IMG/VR virus record: IMGVR_UViG_3300042453_001025
Span: 1-34,675 of that record
Strand: one strand, 5' to 3'
Source of the DNA: a virus
Lineage: Duplodnaviria; Caudoviricetes
Length of the DNA: 34,675 bases
The translations under genes were made by a program, and so were the position numbers. A model generated the notes under the pieces. It was not told the DNA's origin and made no database searches. It saw nothing but the letters and a program-made list of their open reading frames with translations. Below, piece by piece: positions 17,216 to 27,274 of this stretch; within the stretch, counting starts at the first letter, position 1; each line of letters begins with the position of its first letter.

Positions 17216-19014
17216 AATCACCCATTGTCATCAAATTAAACGGAACCGTCATCAATGGTCGAATTGATGGCGTTGAACAATTCAACATCACATGGCGTGA
17301 AAACGATGACGATGGCGGATTGGCAAAGTCATATTCAACCGAATTGCGATTTTACGATGACGGTTATTCAATTTTGAAAACAGTTTTGATTGACAACCCA
17401 AACGGATTTGTGAACGAGGTTGATGTTCAAATTTTTGATGAATGTTGTGGACGTTTGGTGTTTGACGGTTTTATTTCTGGAAATTCAATTGATTGGTGTG
17501 AACCTGAATGTTGGATTTCTGCAAGTGTGGTTGAAAAAAAAGAATTATTGAATTGCGTCAAATCAACATTAATCACCGACAATCACAATGATTTTTTGAA
17601 TCAACCACAAAAAAAACTTAGATATTGTATTGAAACGCGGCCCGACTTTATTTATTCAATACTTTTTTTGATTTATGGAATATTAAACACGGCGATTTTT
17701 TTGATTTTATTGCCTTTGTCATTGGTTGTGGTTGTGATTCAAGGAATTGCGTTGGGAGTTTGTTTGCTTTTTTGCGCCATTCCGGGCACCGGTTGCAATT
17801 CGGCAACATGTACGGGCGGAACATGGACCCATCCATCCGGGGCGTTTTCTGATATTTCCGGATGGTTCAATAATTTGCGTGACAGGATGATTCAATGTCA
17901 ATGGTATCATCCAACCGCGTTGGTTCGTGATTACATTCAAAACGTTTGTGACAAATGTGGATTGACCTTTGAATCGTCAATTTTGAATGACCCATCGTCG
18001 CCATATTACAATTTATTATTGTTGTCCGCCCCAGTTCAAAGGGGATACAAACCAAGCGAATCCGAATCACGTTTGATTGAACAAAACTATCCAATCGAAT
18101 CATTGGACACATTGATGACCCGTCATTTAAACGCAATTTTCAACGCGCGATATTGGATTGTGGGAAACAAACTGATTTTTGAACGCAAAGATTATTTTTC
18201 ATCCGCGTCAACATGGATTGACGCCGAACAATTGTTGAACGATGGCAGAATCATTGAAAATCAAATTTGTTTTTCATGGATTGATAAACCACAAAAGGCA
18301 TACGCCGTTTACAACTATTCGTTGGACGCGATTGATATGACATGCAATGAAGCCGGAAGCCGTTTTGAAGATATTGTGGAATGGAATTCGCCGCCATCAT
18401 TGCGTCAATCGGAATCATTGGAATTGACATTGTTGTCATCCATGGCCCGTTTTCGATGGGACGGAAACGGAACGGACAATTTGGAACAACAAATCTACAC
18501 CGGATTGATTTTCGCGTTTCCATTTATTCCAACAATCCAAGCGTCACGGGGACTTTTAATGATGGGACAACATACGCCATCCAATTACAAATTTTTGATT
18601 TGGGACCCTGCAAGCGGAAATGAAAACGCAAAAGTTCAAACCAATTATGACCAGGCATTCACAAACGGTCCGGTTTTTCGTCCATTTATGACGCCAGGTA
18701 GCGAAATATTTGCCGCGTTTGATTCAAACAATATTGTTCCGCCACAACATTTGTTCAATTACCCAATGTCGTTCAATGAACAAAACACGAATAATTTGTA
18801 TACGTTATTTCATTACATCGACAATCCAAGGTTGGCCGGAAATAAGACGTTCAATTTCAATTTCACATTTTCGTTTGAATGCGGCCAATTCGACGCCATT
18901 GATTTTTCAAAATCAATTCGTCTGCGAGTTGGAAACAACATTAAATTTGGAGAAATCAAAGAATTACAAATTGATTTCGTGAAACGGACCATTGGCGTTT
19001 CCGGAATCGTTTAA
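17212..19014 (+). CDS. Tail tip/hub protein with an internal hydrophobic segment
   Basis: Follows the tape measure gene; beta-rich; 16 Cys; about 45-aa hydrophobic stretch. Confidence 0.65.
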   Translation: MKSPIVIKLNGTVINGRIDGVEQFNITWRENDDDGGLAKSYSTELRFYDDGYSILKTVLIDNPNGFVNEVDVQIFDECCGRLVFDGFISGNSIDWCEPECWISASVVEKKELLNCVKSTLITDNHNDFLNQPQKKLRYCIETRPDFIYSILFLIYGILNTAIFLILLPLSLVVVVIQGIALGVCLLFCAIPGTGCNSATCTGGTWTHPSGAFSDISGWFNNLRDRMIQCQWYHPTALVRDYIQNVCDKCGLTFESSILNDPSSPYYNLLLLSAPVQRGYKPSESESRLIEQNYPIESLDTLMTRHLNAIFNARYWIVGNKLIFERKDYFSSASTWIDAEQLLNDGRIIENQICFSWIDKPQKAYAVYNYSLDAIDMTCNEAGSRFEDIVEWNSPPSLRQSESLELTLLSSMARFRWDGNGTDNLEQQIYTGLIFAFPFIPTIQASRGLLMMGQHTPSNYKFLIWDPASGNENAKVQTNYDQAFTNGPVFRPFMTPGSEIFAAFDSNNIVPPQHLFNYPMSFNEQNTNNLYTLFHYIDNPRLAGNKTFNFNFTFSFECGQFDAIDFSKSIRLRVGNNIKFGEIKELQIDFVKRTIGVSGIV

Positions 19015-19027
19015 TAAATAAAAAAAA

Positions 19028-22000
19028 ATGTCCATACATAGAATTGATATTGTTGGCGGAATACAACCAGATGGTCCAACCAATTATTTGGATTGTTGTC
19101 AAACATGCCAAACGGCAACCGTGACGTTTGAAAACGTTCACAATTCCGATTTGAACATCACCCTGTTTGATATTGACGCCATTGGTTCGGGTTTATCAAT
19201 TACCGTGACGGCCATCAATGGCGGCGCCGTTTCATGGCCTTTTTTTATTGCTCAGGGTGACACATTCACATTGGACATTGAATTTTGTTGGGACGGAGTG
19301 ACAACACCATTGACGCCGTGGGACGGAAAATTTGTTACCGTTGAACATGGAAACGATTTGTCGTGGAATTTCGCCATGGAATGCGTTGATTGGTCAACGG
19401 TTTGGACAATTCCAAACCCTGCGTTTGACTTTACAGACACACCAATTGGTTCGACCGGTTCGCAATCACTAACATTGTCAAATCCAACAATTGGACCCGT
19501 TTCAATTAGTTTAGATTTCACCGGTTGTGGTTCACCATTACCAATACAAACACCCGACCCGTTTGTTTTGGCGCCAGGCGGAACGGGTGATTTGACGTTG
19601 ACATGGACGCCGACCGATATTTCCGACGCGCTCGATTGTTTCCCGGATTATTGTGACAATCTTTTCAAAATAACAGGAAACGCCATTGAACCCGATTGTG
19701 AATGTCTTTGTTGTGAAAACATCGAAATCCAAACCGATGGAAACTATTTGAATCCAAGTTCGGGTTTTTGTGGCCCTGATTTGATTTATTTCAAATCGTC
19801 TTTTTTGGACAAAAAAACCGTTGTGTTTTCAATGAAATACGCCGTTCAGTTGGTGACGGGTTGGAATATTCAATTTAACCCGGCGTTGTTTGGTTTGGAA
19901 TGTATTTCACCTTTTGACGACGTCAACGCGCCTTTGCCGGTTGGATACTACATTCAATATTTGTCCGGAGCGCACCCCGACGGCGTGGCACAACCAATGA
20001 CATTGAATGGAGCCGGTGTTTCTGCCAACAATTTAAAAAATTGGGAAGTATTTTTCAGACCAACGGATTCATTGAATGGTCGATTCAATATTGAATTGAC
20101 GTTCTACATGATTCAAGATTTCGAACAATTTTTGACGTCATTGACTTTTGACAATGGCCAAAAATTAAAACGAAATACATTCTCAGCCATTAATGATTGG
20201 GACAATTCATTCCCGTCGGTTTACAATTCTGTAAAATCTTTACAAGGGGCGTTTTTTGTCAAAGACCCGGCCACCCTGGTTGATGGCGAAATTTTCAAAT
20301 GTGGAACCATCACATGTTCATCGTTCACCGGTAGATTTTACAACAAAGGGTTATTCAACAATCCATCCGAATTCACCAATCCAAATTTCACAATTTCCCG
20401 AAACATTGGAACGGTGACGAATTTTTCAACCATTGAAAACACAAAAGTTCAATTCACAATCAATGTGAATCCGGCGTATGGAGCCGCCCGACCCGACATT
20501 GTTTTTCACCTGTTTGATGTGACAACATTCGACAATTCCGTTGATTTTTTAACGGCAACCGATTCGTCACGGGCGTTCGTTGCATCGTTGCCGGGAACGG
20601 GTGTTGTGAACAACCATTTGGTTCGACCTGGTCAATTGGGTAGTGTTGGACCGGATTGGATGTGTTCATTGCATGTTGGAACAACGGTCAATCCGTCGTC
20701 GACCTATCGAATGGCGGCGATTGTTTATTCATCCAACGGCGAAATGGTCAATACCTTTTTGTCCGACCCTATCACAGTCACCCAGATTCCGGACCGCGAT
20801 TGTGATTGTGAATTAGATTTCGATTCAAGATGGAACCAATATTTTCAAACCCAAACGCCGGATTGTATTCGCCCGGTGGCAAAAGAAAGAATTGGACACC
20901 GTTTGTTGATTGAAGGCGGCGACTTTGAAAACTGTTTGACCAATTGGGGATTCACATTCGATAGTTGGATGGACCGTTTGTTGACGGTGACTTTGAGAAT
21001 TTACAAACGCCGCGAAGATTTTCCGAACCCAGGAAAAACCACATTTTTTCAATACGAACAACATCAATCGGTCGCGTCAAACGCGTTTCCGGGCGGATTC
21101 TCGAATCCAAATGATTTGTTCGTTCAAAAGATTGGCCCGAATGTTTTGGAAACGATTATCGCAGACCGCCGCGTTCGTTGGGAAAACAATATTTTTTCGG
21201 GTGGTCAGGTGTTGACGGCAAACACGAACAATTACATGAACCGAACACCGGCCGGACCATTGGGCGGAATTTACGCGTCCACATTGGGAATCACCGATTC
21301 ATGGATAAATGATGACATATTTTTCGAATACACGTTCACATTCAATTTTTCTGCGGATGTCAACGCGCCTTTGTTTTGGAATATCGTCAAAGCGTACCGA
21401 GTGAGTGCGATTGATTTAGAACCGATAAATTCCGGATACGAACAAAGATTGACCGACGTCACATTTGAAGGTCAAGACCCAACAACCGGCTTGTATGTTC
21501 CAATTGAAGCGCCATTTTGTTTTTCAAATTACACAACCATTCGTTTGACATACCAAGCGGACCGCGAAGGGAATTTTTTGTTTTTCATTGAACCGGAGCC
21601 ATTCGGATTGTCGGTGATTGCAGAAAACGACGAAATCGCATCACCAACGGACCAAACACAATTGACATCGCCAATCGTTTTGTCCCAGGATTCCGCATTT
21701 GACCCCGTGACGTTTACCGCCCAAGTTGTTTTGGATGGTTCGGCGTTTGAAAACAAACGTTATTTGTTTTGCGGATATTTAAGCAGTCCCGAAGCGGCCG
21801 CCATTTGTGAGTATTTTTTGAGCAATTTCAAAATTGCCGGTTCGTCATTGATTGTGTTTCCATCGCCGCAGGTTGGCGACACCATGACCGGAACATTCAA
21901 CAATGTGACCGCCGGTCGAACATTGACGATTCGTTCATCAAATGGGGACACAATTTATCCGATACCGGGGACAACATATTATTTTGAATATTCATTCAGC

Positions 22001-22210
22001 GTTCCGACAACCAGGCCGTTGGACTTCCGATTCGGGACATTGTCAACGTCGGGACCAATTGATGTGACCTTGCCAATTGGTTCAACGTCGGGTTCATTCA
22101 CAATGATTTGGGGCGCCGACACGGCCGGATTTTGGACAATGGAAACGGGGGCCGGTACGGACATGACCGGAACATTTGCGTTCAAATTAGGGAATCAATT
22201 GTGTCCATAA
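19028..22210 (+). CDS. Large tail/receptor-binding protein with N-terminal Ig/ASH-like domains
   Basis: 1060 aa, beta-rich; FDFTDTPIGSTGSQSLTLSN...LAPGG...LTWTPT is an ASH-like pattern; 25 Cys. Confidence 0.65.
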   Translation: MSIHRIDIVGGIQPDGPTNYLDCCQTCQTATVTFENVHNSDLNITLFDIDAIGSGLSITVTAINGGAVSWPFFIAQGDTFTLDIEFCWDGVTTPLTPWDGKFVTVEHGNDLSWNFAMECVDWSTVWTIPNPAFDFTDTPIGSTGSQSLTLSNPTIGPVSISLDFTGCGSPLPIQTPDPFVLAPGGTGDLTLTWTPTDISDALDCFPDYCDNLFKITGNAIEPDCECLCCENIEIQTDGNYLNPSSGFCGPDLIYFKSSFLDKKTVVFSMKYAVQLVTGWNIQFNPALFGLECISPFDDVNAPLPVGYYIQYLSGAHPDGVAQPMTLNGAGVSANNLKNWEVFFRPTDSLNGRFNIELTFYMIQDFEQFLTSLTFDNGQKLKRNTFSAINDWDNSFPSVYNSVKSLQGAFFVKDPATLVDGEIFKCGTITCSSFTGRFYNKGLFNNPSEFTNPNFTISRNIGTVTNFSTIENTKVQFTINVNPAYGAARPDIVFHLFDVTTFDNSVDFLTATDSSRAFVASLPGTGVVNNHLVRPGQLGSVGPDWMCSLHVGTTVNPSSTYRMAAIVYSSNGEMVNTFLSDPITVTQIPDRDCDCELDFDSRWNQYFQTQTPDCIRPVAKERIGHRLLIEGGDFENCLTNWGFTFDSWMDRLLTVTLRIYKRREDFPNPGKTTFFQYEQHQSVASNAFPGGFSNPNDLFVQKIGPNVLETIIADRRVRWENNIFSGGQVLTANTNNYMNRTPAGPLGGIYASTLGITDSWINDDIFFEYTFTFNFSADVNAPLFWNIVKAYRVSAIDLEPINSGYEQRLTDVTFEGQDPTTGLYVPIEAPFCFSNYTTIRLTYQADREGNFLFFIEPEPFGLSVIAENDEIASPTDQTQLTSPIVLSQDSAFDPVTFTAQVVLDGSAFENKRYLFCGYLSSPEAAAICEYFLSNFKIAGSSLIVFPSPQVGDTMTGTFNNVTAGRTLTIRSSNGDTIYPIPGTTYYFEYSFSVPTTRPLDFRFGTLSTSGPIDVTLPIGSTSGSFTMIWGADTAGFWTMETGAGTDMTGTFAFKLGNQLCP

Positions 22211-22217
22211 TTTTGAT

Positions 22218-22225
22218 TAACTTTG
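22218..22225 (+). promoter_or_regulatory. Putative -7 promoter box TAACTTTG
   Basis: TAnnTTTG in a short intergenic gap, only 4 nt before the ATG. Confidence 0.35.
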
Positions 22226-22229
22226 AAAC

Positions 22230-23300
22230 ATGGAATTGTTCGATTCTTATTCATTGGCAAACGGTCAAATCTATTGTGACCAAACCACATATTGTGAATA
22301 TGCGGACCCAAATTCGCGCGTGTTATGTACTGAAGTGCGAAACGCGTGTGGCCAATTGTGTTCCGATTTAATCGTCACAAATGGTTTGGTTTTGTGTGAT
22401 TGCAATGATTCATGGAATTGCAAATTGTGTTTGAATGACGTTCCATTTTGGATTCCATTTGAAGACGGTGACACATTTGATTTTCAATTTCAGCAATCCA
22501 ATGACATAAAGGAACCGCCATGTGAATTTGGATGGTTGCCATCGGATTTGGTTGGATTAACTGACACCGCGTTTGCTACATTTGAAATTCGCGCGTGTTG
22601 TGATGACCAGGCGTTGGAAATTACCGAGGAAATGTTTCCAATCATTGCCCCGAATCACTACGTTGGCAATTACACGTCAACGGATTATTCGGGAAATGAA
22701 TCAATCAATCCGATTCAAATGATTCGATTCAATTTGTCTGCCATTCAAACATATATGGTCGGCGCCGGATTGGACCCGTGTTTCTATTTTATATTCAATT
22801 TTTCAAATACTGCGGACTGTATTCCATTTACCGAAACAACAAACGAATTTTGTTCGGAGCCATTCAAAATGGTTCCATGTTCTAATGGAGAAAAAACACA
22901 ATTGATTGAATCGGTGTTTCCGCGAACTGATTGTTTTAATTTTTACTATGGAATGAATTTCACGGGCGGCAATGGAAACCCGTTTCAATATTCAAATCGA
23001 ATTCGTGTTCCCGGTTCGTTTGAACGAACCAATTTCACAATCACAAAAGAATTGATTGGCGCCACATTGAAAACAACGGCCGCGCAATACTGCGAAAATT
23101 GGGTTTTGCGGACAATGAATTTGCCGGAAACATTCGTCAAATTATTGGTGAACATTTTCACCGGGCGTGATGTGTACGTGAACGGGACCGAATATCAAGT
23201 CCAAGGCGAAATCGCCAAAAACAACGACATCGGTTCACAATGGTTTTTGGAAACTACATTCGAACGTTGTGAATGCGACAAATCTTTGAATTGCGAATGA
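22230..23300 (+). CDS. Cys-rich putative minor tail/virion protein
   Basis: 356 aa, 21 Cys, beta-rich, in the structural module. Confidence 0.6.
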   Translation: MELFDSYSLANGQIYCDQTTYCEYADPNSRVLCTEVRNACGQLCSDLIVTNGLVLCDCNDSWNCKLCLNDVPFWIPFEDGDTFDFQFQQSNDIKEPPCEFGWLPSDLVGLTDTAFATFEIRACCDDQALEITEEMFPIIAPNHYVGNYTSTDYSGNESINPIQMIRFNLSAIQTYMVGAGLDPCFYFIFNFSNTADCIPFTETTNEFCSEPFKMVPCSNGEKTQLIESVFPRTDCFNFYYGMNFTGGNGNPFQYSNRIRVPGSFERTNFTITKELIGATLKTTAAQYCENWVLRTMNLPETFVKLLVNIFTGRDVYVNGTEYQVQGEIAKNNDIGSQWFLETTFERCECDKSLNCE

Positions 23301-24982
23301 TTACAATTGAAAACATATCGACCGCGTTGTCAAATGACCAATATCGTCCCAAAAATTGGGAGCATTGGAATAAAGTTCGGACAACGATGTTTATTCATAC
23401 ACGAGGGAAAAACCCTGGAGAAATATTGACGTCACGTCGTCCCAATGAAGACCCGGACGTCCAAAAATATCGTTTGTCCATTTACGAACCAATCACAAAA
23501 GGTTCAATGAACCGGGCGATTGATAAATTGTTCCGGATATTCCAAAACGCCAATTTTTCCATTTCCGTTTCGGATGAATTGAACACGTATCTGACGGAAC
23601 GAAAGTTCGATGGACAATATTTTTATTCGTACATCCAAAAATTCGTTGTCCGCAGAATGATTGAAGACCCGAACGGATGGTTGGTGTGGATTCCGGTTGG
23701 TGAAGGGTTGACCAATCCGGCCGTCAAAGTAGACGCCGAACCCGTGTTGATTATGTCCGACCAAATCAAAGTGTTGGAACCTGGATTGTTGACATGGCAA
23801 TCCATGGACGAACATTCACCCGTCATGGTCAATGGCAAATCGCAAATGACCGGGTTGATTTATTACTCATTGACCGACAACCAATTTTTGAAACACACCC
23901 AGGTTGGCCAGGCAATCGACAAACGATTTGAAACCGTTGTCATTTACCAACATGATATTGGCGCCATTCCGGGCGTGATATTGGGCGGCGATTTGACGGA
24001 TGAACATTTTTTCGATTCATATTTTTCGGCCTTTGTTCCGTTCGCCAATGAAGCCATCCGCCAATATTCCGATTGGACCGCCGTGATGACAACATCCGCG
24101 TTCCCGTATCGCGAAGAAATCGCGGAAAATTGCAATGGTAAGGGTTGCCGCGATGGTATTGTCTACAATCACGAAACCGAAGAACACGAAACATGTGGCA
24201 TTTGCAAAGGAACCGGACGTGTGATTTCACGTTCGCCATTTGGCGTATTTCTGCGAGAAAAGGCCAATCCGGCGTTGGGTGTTGATGGCGACGTCAACGG
24301 CCCAATGATTCGATTTATTTCACCGGACGTTTCCATCATTGAATATTCGGGCCAGGCATGGCAAACACTTTTGAAGAAAGCCGAAGAATCATTGCATTTG
24401 AACGTAATTGATGAAAGTCAATCCGGAGTGGCCAAAATGATTGACCGCGAAGATTCATTTAGTCAGTTGACCAAAATATCGAACAACATATTTGATGAAA
24501 TCATTTTCAAATCATTGTTGTTCATTGAAAAATATCGGAACGTCGTTCAACCCATGAATCCGGTCATCACCAAACCGATTTCGTTTTCAATGAAGACCGA
24601 AGACGATTTGATTGATGAATTGAACAAATTGACGGACAAAAACGCGCCAATTGCGTTTCTCGTTGAATCGACAAAAGATTTGGCCCGGAAACGTTTTTCG
24701 GGAAACAAGTCCGTTTCGCGAATGGTCGAAGTGTTGGTCAGTTATGACCCTATTTTCCATTTGAACACCAAAGACAAACAAATGTTGTTGGCGGCCGGTT
24801 CCATCAAAAAAGACGATTTGATTCGCTCGTTGTTTGCCTACAAAACGTTGACCGGAATCACCGCAGAATTCGGAACGGAATTTTTGGAAAAACCATTGTC
24901 GGAAATATTCGCCGAATTGGACCGCAGAATTCAACCGACCATTGATTCGTACATCACCACCCAATTGATTCAAACCACCTAA
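23297..24982 (+). CDS. Portal protein with an inserted zinc-finger-like segment
   Basis: About 561 aa, directly before MuF/scaffold/capsid; SQSGVAKMIDR motif; CNGKGCRDG...CGICKGTG insert. Confidence 0.78.
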   Translation: MITIENISTALSNDQYRPKNWEHWNKVRTTMFIHTRGKNPGEILTSRRPNEDPDVQKYRLSIYEPITKGSMNRAIDKLFRIFQNANFSISVSDELNTYLTERKFDGQYFYSYIQKFVVRRMIEDPNGWLVWIPVGEGLTNPAVKVDAEPVLIMSDQIKVLEPGLLTWQSMDEHSPVMVNGKSQMTGLIYYSLTDNQFLKHTQVGQAIDKRFETVVIYQHDIGAIPGVILGGDLTDEHFFDSYFSAFVPFANEAIRQYSDWTAVMTTSAFPYREEIAENCNGKGCRDGIVYNHETEEHETCGICKGTGRVISRSPFGVFLREKANPALGVDGDVNGPMIRFISPDVSIIEYSGQAWQTLLKKAEESLHLNVIDESQSGVAKMIDREDSFSQLTKISNNIFDEIIFKSLLFIEKYRNVVQPMNPVITKPISFSMKTEDDLIDELNKLTDKNAPIAFLVESTKDLARKRFSGNKSVSRMVEVLVSYDPIFHLNTKDKQMLLAAGSIKKDDLIRSLFAYKTLTGITAEFGTEFLEKPLSEIFAELDRRIQPTIDSYITTQLIQTT

Positions 24983-26748
24983 TGGAATTTGGCGACAACG
25001 TCATTGAAATCATTCGCAAACAAGACCGCACCGTTTCCGCCGCCAATCAAACGTTCTTTGATTCATTACCGGCAACGGAACAACGGATTTTTGCCGCAGT
25101 ATCAAAACACGTCCAAAAGTTTTCGTCCGATGGCGAAAAATTCGTGTTTGATGACGGGAATGTGTTATTGACCAACCAGGTTGAACGAATCATTTTGGAC
25201 GCCCTACAATCGTCCAAATATCCATCCGACGTCAACGGATTTTTGCGGAATTTCGAAACGTTGAAACAATACAATTTCGACATCCATGGCAATGTCAATG
25301 ATTTGTCGCCGGAGCAATTGGGCGAATTGATTAATCCAATCCAACGCGGAACGGTTGAACAAACATTGCAGTCATTGACGGGTTCGGGTGTTTCAACCAA
25401 TTTCATCGAACCAATCCGGACGGGAATTTATCAAAACATTGTCGCCGGTTCAACCAAAGCGGATTTGGAGGCGTATTTACGGCGCTACATTTTGGGGAAT
25501 CCGGATGTGGATGGTTTGTTGTCGCGATATGTCAAACAAGTAAGCCGGGACGCCCTGAATCAATTCGATGGCCAGGTGAACGCGAAGATTGCGAACGAAT
25601 TCGGATTGGATGCCTATCGATACGTCGGTTCGTTGATTGAAGATTCACGGCCGCAATGTCGGCGATGGGTTGCCATGGGTGTGATTCAAACAAAGGATTT
25701 GCCGACGGAAATTGCCTGGATGAATGCGAATGGAACCGGAGCGATTCCGGGAACATCGCCCGAAACGTTTTCCATTTACCGGGGCGGATACAATTGTCGC
25801 CATTCGGCCATTCCATTCAAGTTGACCAAATCACAACGGGAACGATTGAACATGGAGCCGGCAGAAGTCGCGCCCGTGAAAATTGAACAACAAATCAACG
25901 AGGTTGAAAAGGAGGTTGCAAAGGTTGAAAAGCAAACAACCACCGCGACCAAACAAAAGGAAATTAATCCGGAAATATTTTTATCGACACAATCAAAATC
26001 AACGGTTGACCAATTCAATGAAATTGCCGCCAATGCCAATGGTATCATTGAAACAATAAATGCCAAAGGAACATTTGTGACATTGCGAAAACCGTCGGAA
26101 TGTACGGGACCAGGAACCAAAAAATTTGCCGAAGCAACCGGAAAAAAATTGACTTTGCCGACATATCAAATTGGAACGATTTCCACCAATTCGGGCGGCA
26201 ATTGCGCGACCAATAATTCATATTTGAATATTAAGATTGGCAAAGGGGAAAAAATAATTTTTAAAAAATACAATATTGAATCAACCGAAGATTGGTTGAA
26301 TCAACACGCGGAAAAATATGGATATAAAATTCGCGAAAGTGGCAATAAAAAATTGTTGACGCGTGACGTTGCGCGAGGTTATCAAATCGCCGGTGAATTT
26401 CAAAATGGAAAATTTAAACCATGGACCATTTCAACCATTGCAAGTGATGTTGACCAAAACATCGCGCCAACCATTACACATGAATTGGGACACGCCATCC
26501 AAAACGCTAATGATTCAAGAGCCGCCGAAATCATGTTGTCATTGTTGAATAAAAAAGGATTAAAGTTGTCGGATGCGCCTACATTGTATGGTCAAACAAA
26601 CAAACAAGAATTTTGGACTGAATCATTCACATCGTATGTGTATGCAAATGATTTTTTGAAGACATCACATCCAAAGGTTTTTGAATTCGTCGAAGATTAT
26701 TTGAAGGCCATGAAAATTGATATTAACACCGTAAAAATTGCCAAATGA
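24982..26748 (+). CDS. MuF/SPP1 gp7-like minor head protein fused to a HExxH metallopeptidase-like domain
   Basis: YRYVGSLIEDSRPQC...GGYNCRH (MuF); C-terminal THELGHAI and YGQTNKQEFWTESF. Confidence 0.82.
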   Translation: MEFGDNVIEIIRKQDRTVSAANQTFFDSLPATEQRIFAAVSKHVQKFSSDGEKFVFDDGNVLLTNQVERIILDALQSSKYPSDVNGFLRNFETLKQYNFDIHGNVNDLSPEQLGELINPIQRGTVEQTLQSLTGSGVSTNFIEPIRTGIYQNIVAGSTKADLEAYLRRYILGNPDVDGLLSRYVKQVSRDALNQFDGQVNAKIANEFGLDAYRYVGSLIEDSRPQCRRWVAMGVIQTKDLPTEIAWMNANGTGAIPGTSPETFSIYRGGYNCRHSAIPFKLTKSQRERLNMEPAEVAPVKIEQQINEVEKEVAKVEKQTTTATKQKEINPEIFLSTQSKSTVDQFNEIAANANGIIETINAKGTFVTLRKPSECTGPGTKKFAEATGKKLTLPTYQIGTISTNSGGNCATNNSYLNIKIGKGEKIIFKKYNIESTEDWLNQHAEKYGYKIRESGNKKLLTRDVARGYQIAGEFQNGKFKPWTISTIASDVDQNIAPTITHELGHAIQNANDSRAAEIMLSLLNKKGLKLSDAPTLYGQTNKQEFWTESFTSYVYANDFLKTSHPKVFEFVEDYLKAMKIDINTVKIAK

Positions 26749-26936
26749 CAATTGAACAAATGCAAAAGTTGTCGGAATTGACAACGGCGGCCGCCGAAAA
26801 AAATGACATTGCCACATTGCAGAAAATCAAAACAATCATTGACCAGGATGTCGCCGAAAATGGAATTGAATCGACGTTGGGAACCGAATGGTTTGAATCG
26901 TCATTGACCGGCGAACAATTGGCGGCATTGAAATAA
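26745..26936 (+). CDS. Small acidic protein, possible immunity partner of the MuF extension
   Basis: 63 aa, ATGA-coupled to MuF; function inferred from position. Confidence 0.55.
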   Translation: MTIEQMQKLSELTTAAAEKNDIATLQKIKTIIDQDVAENGIESTLGTEWFESSLTGEQLAALK

Positions 26937-26948
26937 ATTGTATATTTG
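26919..26948 (+). promoter_or_regulatory. Bacteroidota-type promoter for head genes
   Basis: TTG 26919-26921, 19-nt spacer, TATATTTG 26941-26948. Confidence 0.65.
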
Positions 26949-26963
26949 AACAAACATTCAGAC

Positions 26964-27269
26964 ATGAACAAAATTCGCATTCAGAACGTCAAAACCGGGA
27001 AAATTTCCGAAGTGACACAATTCGCATGGAACACGCTGAAGAAAGGCGGCAAATCGAAGTTTTACGAAATATTGAACAAACCTTCGGAGCCGGTGAAATT
27101 CAGCGCCCCAAAGTTGGCAGAAACAAAAATCGTCGAAGCCGAACCAATCATTGAAGAACCGGAAACCAATTCGGATTTGGCGTTTTTGGAGCAAGACGAA
27201 AACGAATACAGAGAATCCAACGGCGTTGAATCAAAACCCGTGAAAAAAGGCCGTAAACCCAAAAATTGA
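26964..27269 (+). CDS. Hypothetical head-module protein (101 aa)
   Basis: ATG 26964; acidic linker and basic KKGRKPK tail. Confidence 0.7.
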   Translation: MNKIRIQNVKTGKISEVTQFAWNTLKKGGKSKFYEILNKPSEPVKFSAPKLAETKIVEAEPIIEEPETNSDLAFLEQDENEYRESNGVESKPVKKGRKPKN

Positions 27270-27274
27270 AATAC

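Noticed and set aside
19028-23300. Diversity-generating retroelement or invertible tail-fibre cassette
   Set aside because: No reverse transcriptase, recombinase or template/variable repeat pair seen.
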